Origin: Gaiellaceae bacterium
Lineage (GTDB): Bacteria; Actinomycetota; Thermoleophilia; Gaiellales; Gaiellaceae
Assembly: GCA_035532535.1 (NCBI GenBank)
Contig: DATKQT010000035.1
Coordinates: forward strand, 14,460-78,459
DNA length: 64,000 nucleotides
Direction of reading: 5' to 3'
In this document: positions 31,226 through 38,455 of the stretch, piece after piece
Layout: every line of letters begins with the position of its first letter
Position numbering within the stretch: the first letter of the stretch is position 1
The notes under the pieces: generated by a model
What the model saw: only the letters and a program-made list of their open reading frames with translations
Told to the model about the DNA's origin: nothing
The model's database searches: none
Program-made: the position numbers and the translations under genes

Positions 31226-32115
31226 GCGCACAGGGCCTCAGCGGGCCTGGGCTCCGCCTCGACCGGCTACCCCGGCGGCGGGCGGTGAACAGGCTGATGG
31301 AGTTGCTCGCCTGGCTTGCCGCGGCGATCGCGATCGCGATCCTCGGAATCGTCGTCTACTCGGTCGCGAGGAAGGGTTGGAGCGAGCTCAATCTCAATCT
31401 GATCACGAAGGCGCCGATCCCCTTCAGCCTCACGAACGCGCCGCAGGGGCTCGCGAACGCCTTCGCCGGCTCACTCGTGATCGTCGGTCTGGCGACAGCG
31501 ATGGCACTCCCGGTCGGGATTCTCGTCGCCGTCTATCTCAACGAGTTCGCGCCGGCCGCCGTGCGGAACGGCGTCGGTCTGATCCTCGACGTCCTGAACG
31601 GCGTACCGGCGATCGTCGTCGGCATCTTCGTGTTCGGGCTGTTGGTTGTCGGCCACGGACAGAACGGTTTCGACGGGGCCTTCGCGCTCGCGTGCCTCAT
31701 GCTCCCGCTGGTCGCTCGCGCGACGATGGAGGTGCTCGCGCTCGTGCCGAACTCGCTGCGCGAGGCAAGCCTCGGGCTCGGCATCCCCCAGTGGAGAACG
31801 ACGCTCAGCATCGTCCTCCCGCAGACGGTCGGCGGCATCGTCACCGGCACAGTGCTCGCGGTCGCGCGGGTGGCCGGCGAGACGGCGCCGCTCCTGTTCA
31901 CGTCGTCGCTCGTCGGCACGCAAACGAGCTGGGACCCGCACCACGCGCTGCAGTCGATTCCGGTCGCGATCTTCGAGCTTTCGGAGTCGCCCGACCCCGC
32001 AGATCACGCGCGTGCCTGGGCGGCGGCGCTGGTGCTCCTGATGTTCATCCTGTTCGCCAGCCTCGCAGGGCGCTGGCTCGCGACCCGGAGCCGCGCCAAG
32101 ATGGCCACCCGTTGA
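31222..32115 (+). CDS. pstA: Phosphate ABC transporter permease PstA
   Basis: GTG 31222 overlaps the pstC stop (GTGA). Permease loop [29 protein letters not shown]. Confidence 0.9.
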   Translation: MSAQGLSGPGLRLDRLPRRRAVNRLMELLAWLAAAIAIAILGIVVYSVARKGWSELNLNLITKAPIPFSLTNAPQGLANAFAGSLVIVGLATAMALPVGILVAVYLNEFAPAAVRNGVGLILDVLNGVPAIVVGIFVFGLLVVGHGQNGFDGAFALACLMLPLVARATMEVLALVPNSLREASLGLGIPQWRTTLSIVLPQTVGGIVTGTVLAVARVAGETAPLLFTSSLVGTQTSWDPHHALQSIPVAIFELSESPDPADHARAWAAALVLLMFILFASLAGRWLATRSRAKMATR

Positions 32116-32132
32116 TGGAAGGAGCCGAGCGC

Positions 32133-32981
32133 ATGTCGACTACGATCGAGCCGACTGTGAGAGTCGAGACGACTCGCCGCCAGCCGATGCCGCCGCGCGA
32201 GCGGCTCGAGACGATCTTCCACGTCGAAGGCCTCGACGCGCTCTATAGCGGAAAGGCGGCGATCAAGGACGTCACGATCGACGTGTACAAGAACCTCGTC
32301 ACCGCCATCATCGGACCCTCCGGCTGCGGCAAGAGCACGTTCATCCGCTGCTTCAACCGGATGAACGACCTGATCCCGGGCTTCAGCCAGACGGGCACGA
32401 TCCGTTACCACGGGCAGGACATCTGCGCGTCCAACATCGACCCGGTCGCGGTCCGGCGGAACATCGGCATGGTCTTCCAGCGGCCGAACCCGTTTCCGAA
32501 GTCGATCTACGACAATGTCGCGTGGGGCTGCCGCGTCCTCGGCATGAAGGACGGCCTCGACGAGCGCGTCGAACGCGCGCTCACACAGGCAGCGTTATGG
32601 GATGAGGTGAAGGACCGTCTCAAAGCAAGCGGCCTTTCGCTCTCCGGAGGCCAGCAGCAGCGCCTCTGCATTGCGCGTGCAATTGCCGTCGAGCCAGACG
32701 TCGTTTTGATGGACGAGCCGGCCGCATCGCTCGATCCGATCGCAACGCAGGCGATCGAGCAGCTCATGCACGAGCTGAAGAGCGAGTACACGTTCGTCAT
32801 CGTCACGCACAACATGCAGCAGGCGGCACGCGTCGCCGACATGACGGCGTTCTTCTCCATCTCGCGTGGCGAAGAGGGCAAGCGTTTCGGCGAGCTCATC
32901 GAGTACGACGCGACTGAGAAGATCTTCACCGCGCCCTCCGATAAGCGGACGGAGGACTACGTCACCGGTCGCTTCGGCTAG
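32133..32981 (+). CDS. pstB: Phosphate ABC transporter ATP-binding protein
   Basis: ATG 32133 with GGAAGGAG 8 nt upstream. Walker [10 protein letters not shown], signature [14 protein letters not shown], Walker [13 protein letters not shown]. Confidence 0.95.
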   Translation: MSTTIEPTVRVETTRRQPMPPRERLETIFHVEGLDALYSGKAAIKDVTIDVYKNLVTAIIGPSGCGKSTFIRCFNRMNDLIPGFSQTGTIRYHGQDICASNIDPVAVRRNIGMVFQRPNPFPKSIYDNVAWGCRVLGMKDGLDERVERALTQAALWDEVKDRLKASGLSLSGGQQQRLCIARAIAVEPDVVLMDEPAASLDPIATQAIEQLMHELKSEYTFVIVTHNMQQAARVADMTAFFSISRGEEGKRFGELIEYDATEKIFTAPSDKRTEDYVTGRFG

Positions 32982-33613
32982 GCGCGCAAGTATCGGTACG
33001 TCAGCGCCGCCAGCGCAGCACCGAGCGGCGGCGCGACGAGGTAGAGCCACAGCGCGTGCAGGTCGCCGGAGACGAGCGCCGGCGCGAGCGAGCGCGCGGG
33101 ATTCATCGACGCGCCCGTGACCGGCCCGCCGAAGAGCGCGTCGAGCCCGACGGTGCCGCCGACCGCGATCGCGGCCGCCTCTCCGACCGCGCGGCTGTCG
33201 GTGGCGACCGCCATGATCACGAACATCAGAAAAAACGTGAGGACGATCTCCCACAGGAACGCCTGTCCCTGCGATCCGGCCGGAAGCGTGGCGCCGTCGT
33301 GCGCGTGGTTTCCGAGCGACCCGCGGACAAGCACCGCGGCCGCGATCGCGCCAACGAACTGCGCAAGCCAGTAACCGAGCGCACGCCTGCGGGGAAAGTG
33401 CCGCGTGAGCGCGAACGCGAGCGTGACGCCAGGATTGAAGTGTGCGCCGGAGATGTGCCCGAGGGCGTAGATCATCACCATGATCACGAGGCCGAACGTG
33501 AGCGCGACCCCGAGATGACCGAGTGCGCCGGTCTTTGCGTTGACGACGATCGCGCCGCAACCGGCGAAGACGAGCGCGAACGTCCCGATCGCCTCCGCGA
33601 GGAGCGCCCTCAC
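32978..33613 (-). CDS. MIP-family channel (aquaglyceroporin-like), ars-linked
   Basis: GTG 33613 overlaps the arsC stop (GTGA). First constriction motif HFNPGVT (NPG rather than NPA), second SMNPARS. Six TM helices. Confidence 0.85.
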   Translation of the reverse strand: MRALLAEAIGTFALVFAGCGAIVVNAKTGALGHLGVALTFGLVIMVMIYALGHISGAHFNPGVTLAFALTRHFPRRRALGYWLAQFVGAIAAAVLVRGSLGNHAHDGATLPAGSQGQAFLWEIVLTFFLMFVIMAVATDSRAVGEAAAIAVGGTVGLDALFGGPVTGASMNPARSLAPALVSGDLHALWLYLVAPPLGAALAALTYRYLRA

Positions 33614-34239
33614 TCGGGCAGCAGCTCGGCGATCAGGCGCTGCACTCTTGCGTCGATGTCGTCGCGGATCCGCCGCACCGCGTCGATCCCCTGGCCGGCA
33701 GGATCGTCGAGCTCCCAATCCTCGTACTTCTTGCCCGGGTAGATCGGGCAGGCGTCGCCGCATCCCATCGTGATGACGATGTCGGCGGCTCGCACGACTT
33801 CGTCGGTGAGCGGCTTCGGGAAGTCCTGCGTCATGTCGACGCCGATCTCGTTCATGGCCTCGAGGACCGCGGGGTTGATCGTGTCGGCCGGTTCAGAGCC
33901 GGCGGAGCGAACGTGGATGCGCCCGTGCGAGCGCAGGCTGACGAGCCCCGCCGCCATCTGGCTGCGACCGGCGTTGTGCACGCACACGAAGAGCACCTCG
34001 GGCTGCTCCTTCACGACGCCCCCCTCCGCCTGTGCGAGAGCGTGAAGCCGCTCGCGTGCGAAGCGGTGCACGAGGAGCGGCACGTACGTCGAGATCCGCG
34101 CGCCGCTGAGCAGGTCGCTCGACTCCTCGATGTATCGCGCGATCGTCTCGCTGGAAAACATGCCAGCGAACTCCTCGTGGAGCTCCTCCGCTGCGTGCCG
34201 GATCTGGTTGCGCGTGATCGGATCGAGTGTCTCGGACAC
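33610..34239 (-). CDS. arsC: Arsenate reductase, LMW-PTP type, with an N-terminal helical extension
   Basis: P-loop CVHNAGRS; ITMGCGDACP. The ~80-aa N-terminal helical domain (SETLDPITRNQIRHAAEELHEEFAGMFSSETIARY) is typical of actinobacterial long ArsC. I prefer start GTG 34239, with GTG 34260 as the alternative. Confidence 0.8.
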   Translation of the reverse strand: MSETLDPITRNQIRHAAEELHEEFAGMFSSETIARYIEESSDLLSGARISTYVPLLVHRFARERLHALAQAEGGVVKEQPEVLFVCVHNAGRSQMAAGLVSLRSHGRIHVRSAGSEPADTINPAVLEAMNEIGVDMTQDFPKPLTDEVVRAADIVITMGCGDACPIYPGKKYEDWELDDPAGQGIDAVRRIRDDIDARVQRLIAELLPE

Positions 34240-34246
34240 TGGCCGG

Positions 34247-34278
34247 ATCTTGTCGAACACATCGATGGCTGTCAATAT
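34247..34278. promoter_or_regulatory. Candidate interdigitated divergent promoters of arsC-aqp and arsR with a central palindrome
   Basis: Minus strand: TTGACA (34275-34270), 17 nt, CAAGAT (34252-34247), 7 nt, GTG 34239. Plus strand: TTGTCG (34250-34255), 17 nt, CAATAT (34273-34278), 7 nt, GTG 34286. An 8-bp palindrome CATCGATG (34260-34267) lies between them. Confidence 0.4.
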
Positions 34279-34285
34279 CTCTCGG

Positions 34286-34609
34286 GTGAAGACGATCGCG
34301 ACGCTGTCGTGCCCGCCGCTGCTCGAAGGCGCCATCAGCCGGAGTGAGGCCGATCGCGTGGCAGCGGCCCTCAAGGTGCTCGCCGAGCCTGCGCGCCTGC
34401 GGCTGCTCAGCCTCATCCAGGCGCAGCCCGGTGGTGAGGCGTGCGTGTGCCATCTGACCGGGCCGCTCGGCCTCACCCAGCCGACCGTCAGCCACCACCT
34501 GAAGGTGCTGCTCCAGTCTGGCCTCGTCGAGCGCGAGCAGCGTGGCAGCTGGGCGTTCTTCCGCGTGAAGGCGGAGCCGCTCGCCGCGCTGCGCGCGGTC
34601 CTCTCCTAG
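34286..34609 (+). CDS. arsR: ArsR/SmtB-family metalloregulator
   Basis: LKVLAEPARLRLLSL..EACVCHLTGPLGLTQPTVSHHLKVL (CVC metal site plus HTH). The start is GTG 34286 under the promoter model; ATG 34265 is the alternative. Confidence 0.8.
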   Translation: MKTIATLSCPPLLEGAISRSEADRVAAALKVLAEPARLRLLSLIQAQPGGEACVCHLTGPLGLTQPTVSHHLKVLLQSGLVEREQRGSWAFFRVKAEPLAALRAVLS

Positions 34610-35487
34610 GCAGGGAAACGGCAGGCGATCTCGAGACCGCGGCCCGGTGGGCTGAGTGCTTCGACGGTCCCGCCGGCCGACGTCACCACGTGCTTCACGA
34701 TCGCGAGGCCGAGCCCGGTGCCGCGCGACGTGCGCGCCTGGTCTGCGCGGTAGAAGCGCTCGAACAGCCGAGGAAGCTCGCTCTCGCGAACGCCGGCCCC
34801 GTCGTCGGCAACGGCCAGCACGGCCGCCGCACCGTCGCCCTCGACCGAGACGCGGCACGTGCTTCCAGGCCCCGAATAGCGAATCGCGTTCTGGACGAGG
34901 TTCTCGGCGACGACGCGGATCATCCGCGGCCGGAGCGGAAGCTCGATCTCGGCATCTCCGATGACGACGATCTCGACGCCCGCGTGCTCCGCGCGGTCGA
35001 CGTAGGTGCGCGCGACCTCCTCGAGGATCGGAAGTGCCACCGTCCGGCCGAGCGAGACGACCTCGCGGCCGGTCTCGAGCTCGCCGAGGAACAGCACGTC
35101 GTCGATCAGCTCGCCTGCTTGCTGGATCTCCTGCCGGGCCTGCTCGACGAGGTCCTCGACGCGGGCGCCGGGGAGCCCCGTGCTCTCGAGGAGCACGAGA
35201 AGGCGCGCGAGCGGCGTGCGGAGCTCGTGCGAGACGGCGGCCGTGAAGCCGGCCCGAAGCTCCTGGTAGGCCGAGAGCTCCGGGAGCGCCGCCAGGAAGA
35301 GGACGAGCGGAGCGGGCTCGACGAAGAGCATCTCCTCGGCCACGCGCCGGCCGGGCGTCCCGTCACCGAGTGCGGCCGCACCCGACGGGCTGGCGGCGAC
35401 GAGCCGCCGCTCGCTGTCCAGCACGATGACCGGCTCGTCGAGCGCGCCGACGAGGGCCTGGATGCGCTCTCTGTTTCCGTTCACCAC
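34606..35487 (-). CDS. phoR: PhoR-like histidine kinase with no transmembrane segment (PAS-like N-terminus, HisKA, HATPase_c)
   Basis: 293 aa. H-box [12 protein letters not shown]; N/G boxes NLVQNAIRYS, DDGAGV, LFERFYRAD, GTGLGLAIV. No hydrophobic helix of TM length. The assignment rests on the adjacent PHO boxes and the pst/phoU context. Confidence 0.7.
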   Translation of the reverse strand: MVNGNRERIQALVGALDEPVIVLDSERRLVAASPSGAAALGDGTPGRRVAEEMLFVEPAPLVLFLAALPELSAYQELRAGFTAAVSHELRTPLARLLVLLESTGLPGARVEDLVEQARQEIQQAGELIDDVLFLGELETGREVVSLGRTVALPILEEVARTYVDRAEHAGVEIVVIGDAEIELPLRPRMIRVVAENLVQNAIRYSGPGSTCRVSVEGDGAAAVLAVADDGAGVRESELPRLFERFYRADQARTSRGTGLGLAIVKHVVTSAGGTVEALSPPGRGLEIACRFPA

Positions 35488-35522
35488 CCCTTCACCAGTC
35501 CTTCACCCGCCGGTGACCCGTC
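35479..35522 (+). promoter_or_regulatory. PHO boxes: three exactly phased 11-bp direct repeats with a TTCACC core, plus one inverted unit
   Basis: GTTCACCACCC (35479-89), CTTCACCAGTC (35490-500), CTTCACCCGCC (35501-11), then GGTGACCCGTC (35512-22). They end 17 bp before GATAAT (35540-45), which sits 7 nt before ATG 35553. Unit 1 overlaps the GTG start (35487) of the kinase gene. Confidence 0.7.
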
Positions 35523-35552
35523 GATTACGGGCTTGACTCGATAATGATGCCG

Positions 35553-36248
35553 ATGCCCAAGGTGCTCATCGTCGAGGACGACGAGGTCATCGCCCAGGGG
35601 ATGGCGCGCCATCTGAGCGCGGCCGGCTTCGACGCGGTCTGGGTCGCGAACGGGGAACAGGGCCTCGCCCGCCTCCGCTACGAGCAGCCGGACGTGTGCG
35701 TGCTCGACCTCATGCTCCCCGGCATGGACGGCTGGAAGCTCATCGAGACCGTTCGCGCCGAGGGGATCTCGACACCCGTCGTCGTCGTTTCCGCGCGCGG
35801 CACCGAGCACGACCGCGTGCACGCGCTCGAGATCGGCGCCGACGACTACCTCGTGAAACCGTTCTCGATGAAGGAGCTCGTCGCCCGCGTGCGCGCCGCC
35901 GCACGCCGAGGGATCCGCCGCGATGAGATCCCGCGCGGAGAGCCGATCGAGATCGAGGAGCTCCGCGTGGATCCGCGCGAGGTGCAGGCCTACGTCGACG
36001 GCGCGAGCGCCGAGCTGACGCCGACCGAGTTTCGCCTCCTGTACCAGCTCGCGCTCGACCAGGGTCGCGTCGCCACGCGCGACGAGCTCCTGCAGAAGCT
36101 GTGGGGACGTCGTGAGTCGCATCGCGACCGCACAGTGGACGTCTTCGTCCGCCGGTTGCGGGAGAAGATCGACCAGCGCGCGTCACGCCACACCTTCATC
36201 CAGACGCGCTACGGCGTCGGGTACAAGCTCGAAGCCGTACCCAAGTAG
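35553..36248 (+). CDS. phoP: PhoP/PhoB-like OmpR-family response regulator
   Basis: MPKVLIVEDDEV.., VCVLDLMLPGMDG, ADDYLVKPF, winged helix (VDVFVRRLREKI..IQTRYGVGYKL). ATG 35553 fits the -10 spacing; the ORF track start is ATG 35544. Confidence 0.8.
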   Translation: MPKVLIVEDDEVIAQGMARHLSAAGFDAVWVANGEQGLARLRYEQPDVCVLDLMLPGMDGWKLIETVRAEGISTPVVVVSARGTEHDRVHALEIGADDYLVKPFSMKELVARVRAAARRGIRRDEIPRGEPIEIEELRVDPREVQAYVDGASAELTPTEFRLLYQLALDQGRVATRDELLQKLWGRRESHRDRTVDVFVRRLREKIDQRASRHTFIQTRYGVGYKLEAVPK

Positions 36249-36309
36249 ACACAGGAGCGTCACCAGAGGGCCCCCCACGCGCGGCGCGCTCCGACGCACC
36301 ATCTGCAGC

Positions 36310-37176
36310 ATGCGGTTCGTCGTCATCGCGCATCGATGCACGGAAACGAACGAGGCGCTCGCTGCCGCCGCCGAGGGAGTGGGCGTGGCCGCAGCCGTGC
36401 GGCCCCCGCGCGACGCGCTTCGAATCCTCGAGCCTGGAGACGTCGCGCTGGGGCGGCTCGACGTCCGCGAGGGTCTGGACGGGATCGAAAGCGGCTCTGT
36501 CGAGCTCGAGCGGCTGACCGCTGCCGGCATCACCGTGCTCAACCGGCCGTGCGCGCTCGCCGCCGCACACGACAAGCTGCTCACCGCACGCGCCCTCCGG
36601 CTCTCCGGCCTGCCGCATCCGCACACATGGCTGATCGCCGAAGGAATGCCGTCATCCGCACCCGAGCTGCCGCTCGTCCTCAAGCCGCGCTTCGGGAGCT
36701 GGGGCCGCGACGTCGTCCTCTGCCGGACAGCGGCCGACCTCGACGCCGCCCTCGAGCGCGCCGCGTTCCGCGGCTGGTTCCGCGAGCACGGCGCACTCGC
36801 GCAGGAGCTCGTCCCGCCGCTCGGGTGGGATCTCCGCATCGTCGTGGCCGGCGGCCGCATCGTCGGCGCGGCTCGGCGCGTCGCCGCCGCGGGCGAATGG
36901 CGCACGAACGTGTCGCTCGGCGGGCGCAGCGAACCGGTCTCGCCGCCGCCGCTCGCCCGCTCCCTCGCTCTCGCCGCCGCCGCCGCCGTGCGCGGCGACC
37001 TCGTCGGCATCGACCTGCTGCCGACGAACAACGGGTACGTCATCTCCGAGCTGAACGGCGCGGTCGACTTCCACTCGCACTACGCGCTCGACGTCGAGGA
37101 TGTCTTCACGGAGGCCGTGCTCGAGCTCCTCCGCACCGCCCACGACCGGCGCGCGCTCGAGCTCGTCGGCGCCTAG
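36310..37176 (+). CDS. RimK-family ATP-grasp ligase
   Basis: ORF trimmed to ATG 36310. Motifs LVLKPRFGSWGRDV, WDLRIVVAGGRIVGAARR, EWRTNVSLGG, VGIDLLP..YVISELNGAVDF. Confidence 0.8.
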   Translation: MRFVVIAHRCTETNEALAAAAEGVGVAAAVRPPRDALRILEPGDVALGRLDVREGLDGIESGSVELERLTAAGITVLNRPCALAAAHDKLLTARALRLSGLPHPHTWLIAEGMPSSAPELPLVLKPRFGSWGRDVVLCRTAADLDAALERAAFRGWFREHGALAQELVPPLGWDLRIVVAGGRIVGAARRVAAAGEWRTNVSLGGRSEPVSPPPLARSLALAAAAAVRGDLVGIDLLPTNNGYVISELNGAVDFHSHYALDVEDVFTEAVLELLRTAHDRRALELVGA

Positions 37177-37178
37177 CC

Positions 37179-37478
37179 CTAGCGTTCCTCGAACGGCTCC
37201 GGCTTCAGATCGGTGACGACGCCGCGCTTGCCGCCGGACTCGTAGACGACATCGACGTTCTCGTGAGGCCGATACGAGCCCGCGATGCCGAGCCACATCG
37301 ACAGCCAGCGGATGAAGCCGAGCTTGCCCTCCTGGGCGACAGGCCTCGGAAAGACGAGCGACCGCCCGACCACTTCGTAATCGACGCCACGAGCCTGCCG
37401 GACGCCGTTCACGAACACCTCGAACTGATCGGGGACATGGGACGGCAGATCGACCCGCGTGCGCTCGGCCACCTCCAT
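37179..37478 (-). CDS. Hypothetical protein (99 aa)
   Basis: Clean ORF with high GC3. I recognise no motif. It is convergent with the RimK-like gene (2-nt spacer) and divergent from ctaC (14-nt spacer). Confidence 0.5.
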   Translation of the reverse strand: MEVAERTRVDLPSHVPDQFEVFVNGVRQARGVDYEVVGRSLVFPRPVAQEGKLGFIRWLSMWLGIAGSYRPHENVDVVYESGGKRGVVTDLKPEPFEER

Positions 37479-37492
37479 AGAATGCCCGCGGG

Positions 37493-38455
37493 TTGCGCCG
37501 GAAGCTGATGTTCTTCGCGTTCGTCGCGGTCGCCGCGCTGGTAGTGGTGGCCGGCGCTGCAGCCGCCAACGGCGGCTTCACGCCCGTACAGCCGCACTCG
37601 CCCAACGCGAAGCACGTCAATACCGCGTACTACGTGATCCTCGGCTTCACCTCGGCGATCTTCGTGCTCGTCGGAGGAGCGCTCGCCACCTTCATCGTCA
37701 AGTACCGCGGAGGCGGACGCCCGCGCACCGAGGACGGGGCGCAGGTTCACGGTCACGCGCGCCTCGAGCTCATCTGGACTGTGATTCCGGTGCTGATCCT
37801 GTGCGTCATCGCCGTCGTCGTCTTCCTCGAACTGCCGAAGATCGCCGACGCGCCCGCCGCCGCCGATCCCCTGAACGTCACAGTCGAGGGCCACCAGTTC
37901 TACTGGCAGTTCGACTATCCGAACGGGGCACGGACGATCGACACGCTGTACGTCCCGGTCGGACGTGTCGTCGAGCTGAAGGTCGTCTCGCAGGACGTCA
38001 TCCACAGCTGGTGGATCCCTGCTCTCGGCGGGAAGATCCAGGCGATCCCCGGCATCACGAACCACACGTGGTTCAAGGCCGACGATCCCGGCACGTACAC
38101 CGGCCAGTGCGCCGAGCTGTGCGGCCTTTACCACGCCTCGATGACCGCGAGCGTGGTCGCGACAACCGATCATGCATACCAGGTCGCCGTCACGACGACC
38201 GCGCAGGCGAATCTCGGCAAGGCCGAGTTCACCGGCACCTGCGCCACGTGCCACGGTATGACGGGGCAGGGCGGCTACGGGCCGAACCTCTCGAACAATC
38301 CGTTGCTGACGCAGAAGGCCGGACTGCTGTCGATCGTCCAGAACGGTCGCGGGAAGATGCCGGCTGTCGGCGACACGTGGACGAAGACGCAGCTGCAGGC
38401 GCTCGCGTCGTACGTGAAGGCGCACGTCTACAAGGGTGCGGCGAGTGGCGGTTAA
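37493..38455 (+). CDS. ctaC: Cytochrome c oxidase subunit II with a fused C-terminal cytochrome c domain (caa3-type)
   Basis: Two TM helices, CuA site HSWWIPALGGK..CAELCGLYHASM, and heme c site CATCHG near the C-terminus. TAGAAT lies 9 nt upstream of TTG 37493; ATG 37508 is the alternative start. Confidence 0.9.
   Translation: MRRKLMFFAFVAVAALVVVAGAAAANGGFTPVQPHSPNAKHVNTAYYVILGFTSAIFVLVGGALATFIVKYRGGGRPRTEDGAQVHGHARLELIWTVIPVLILCVIAVVVFLELPKIADAPAAADPLNVTVEGHQFYWQFDYPNGARTIDTLYVPVGRVVELKVVSQDVIHSWWIPALGGKIQAIPGITNHTWFKADDPGTYTGQCAELCGLYHASMTASVVATTDHAYQVAVTTTAQANLGKAEFTGTCATCHGMTGQGGYGPNLSNNPLLTQKAGLLSIVQNGRGKMPAVGDTWTKTQLQALASYVKAHVYKGAASGG

Noticed and set aside
31155-32132. The N-terminal 326 codons of the 608-aa ORF that contains pstB
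   Set aside because: This part overlaps pstA in another frame and has no motifs. pstB homology begins at ATG 32133, which has a GGAAGGAG ribosome-binding site.
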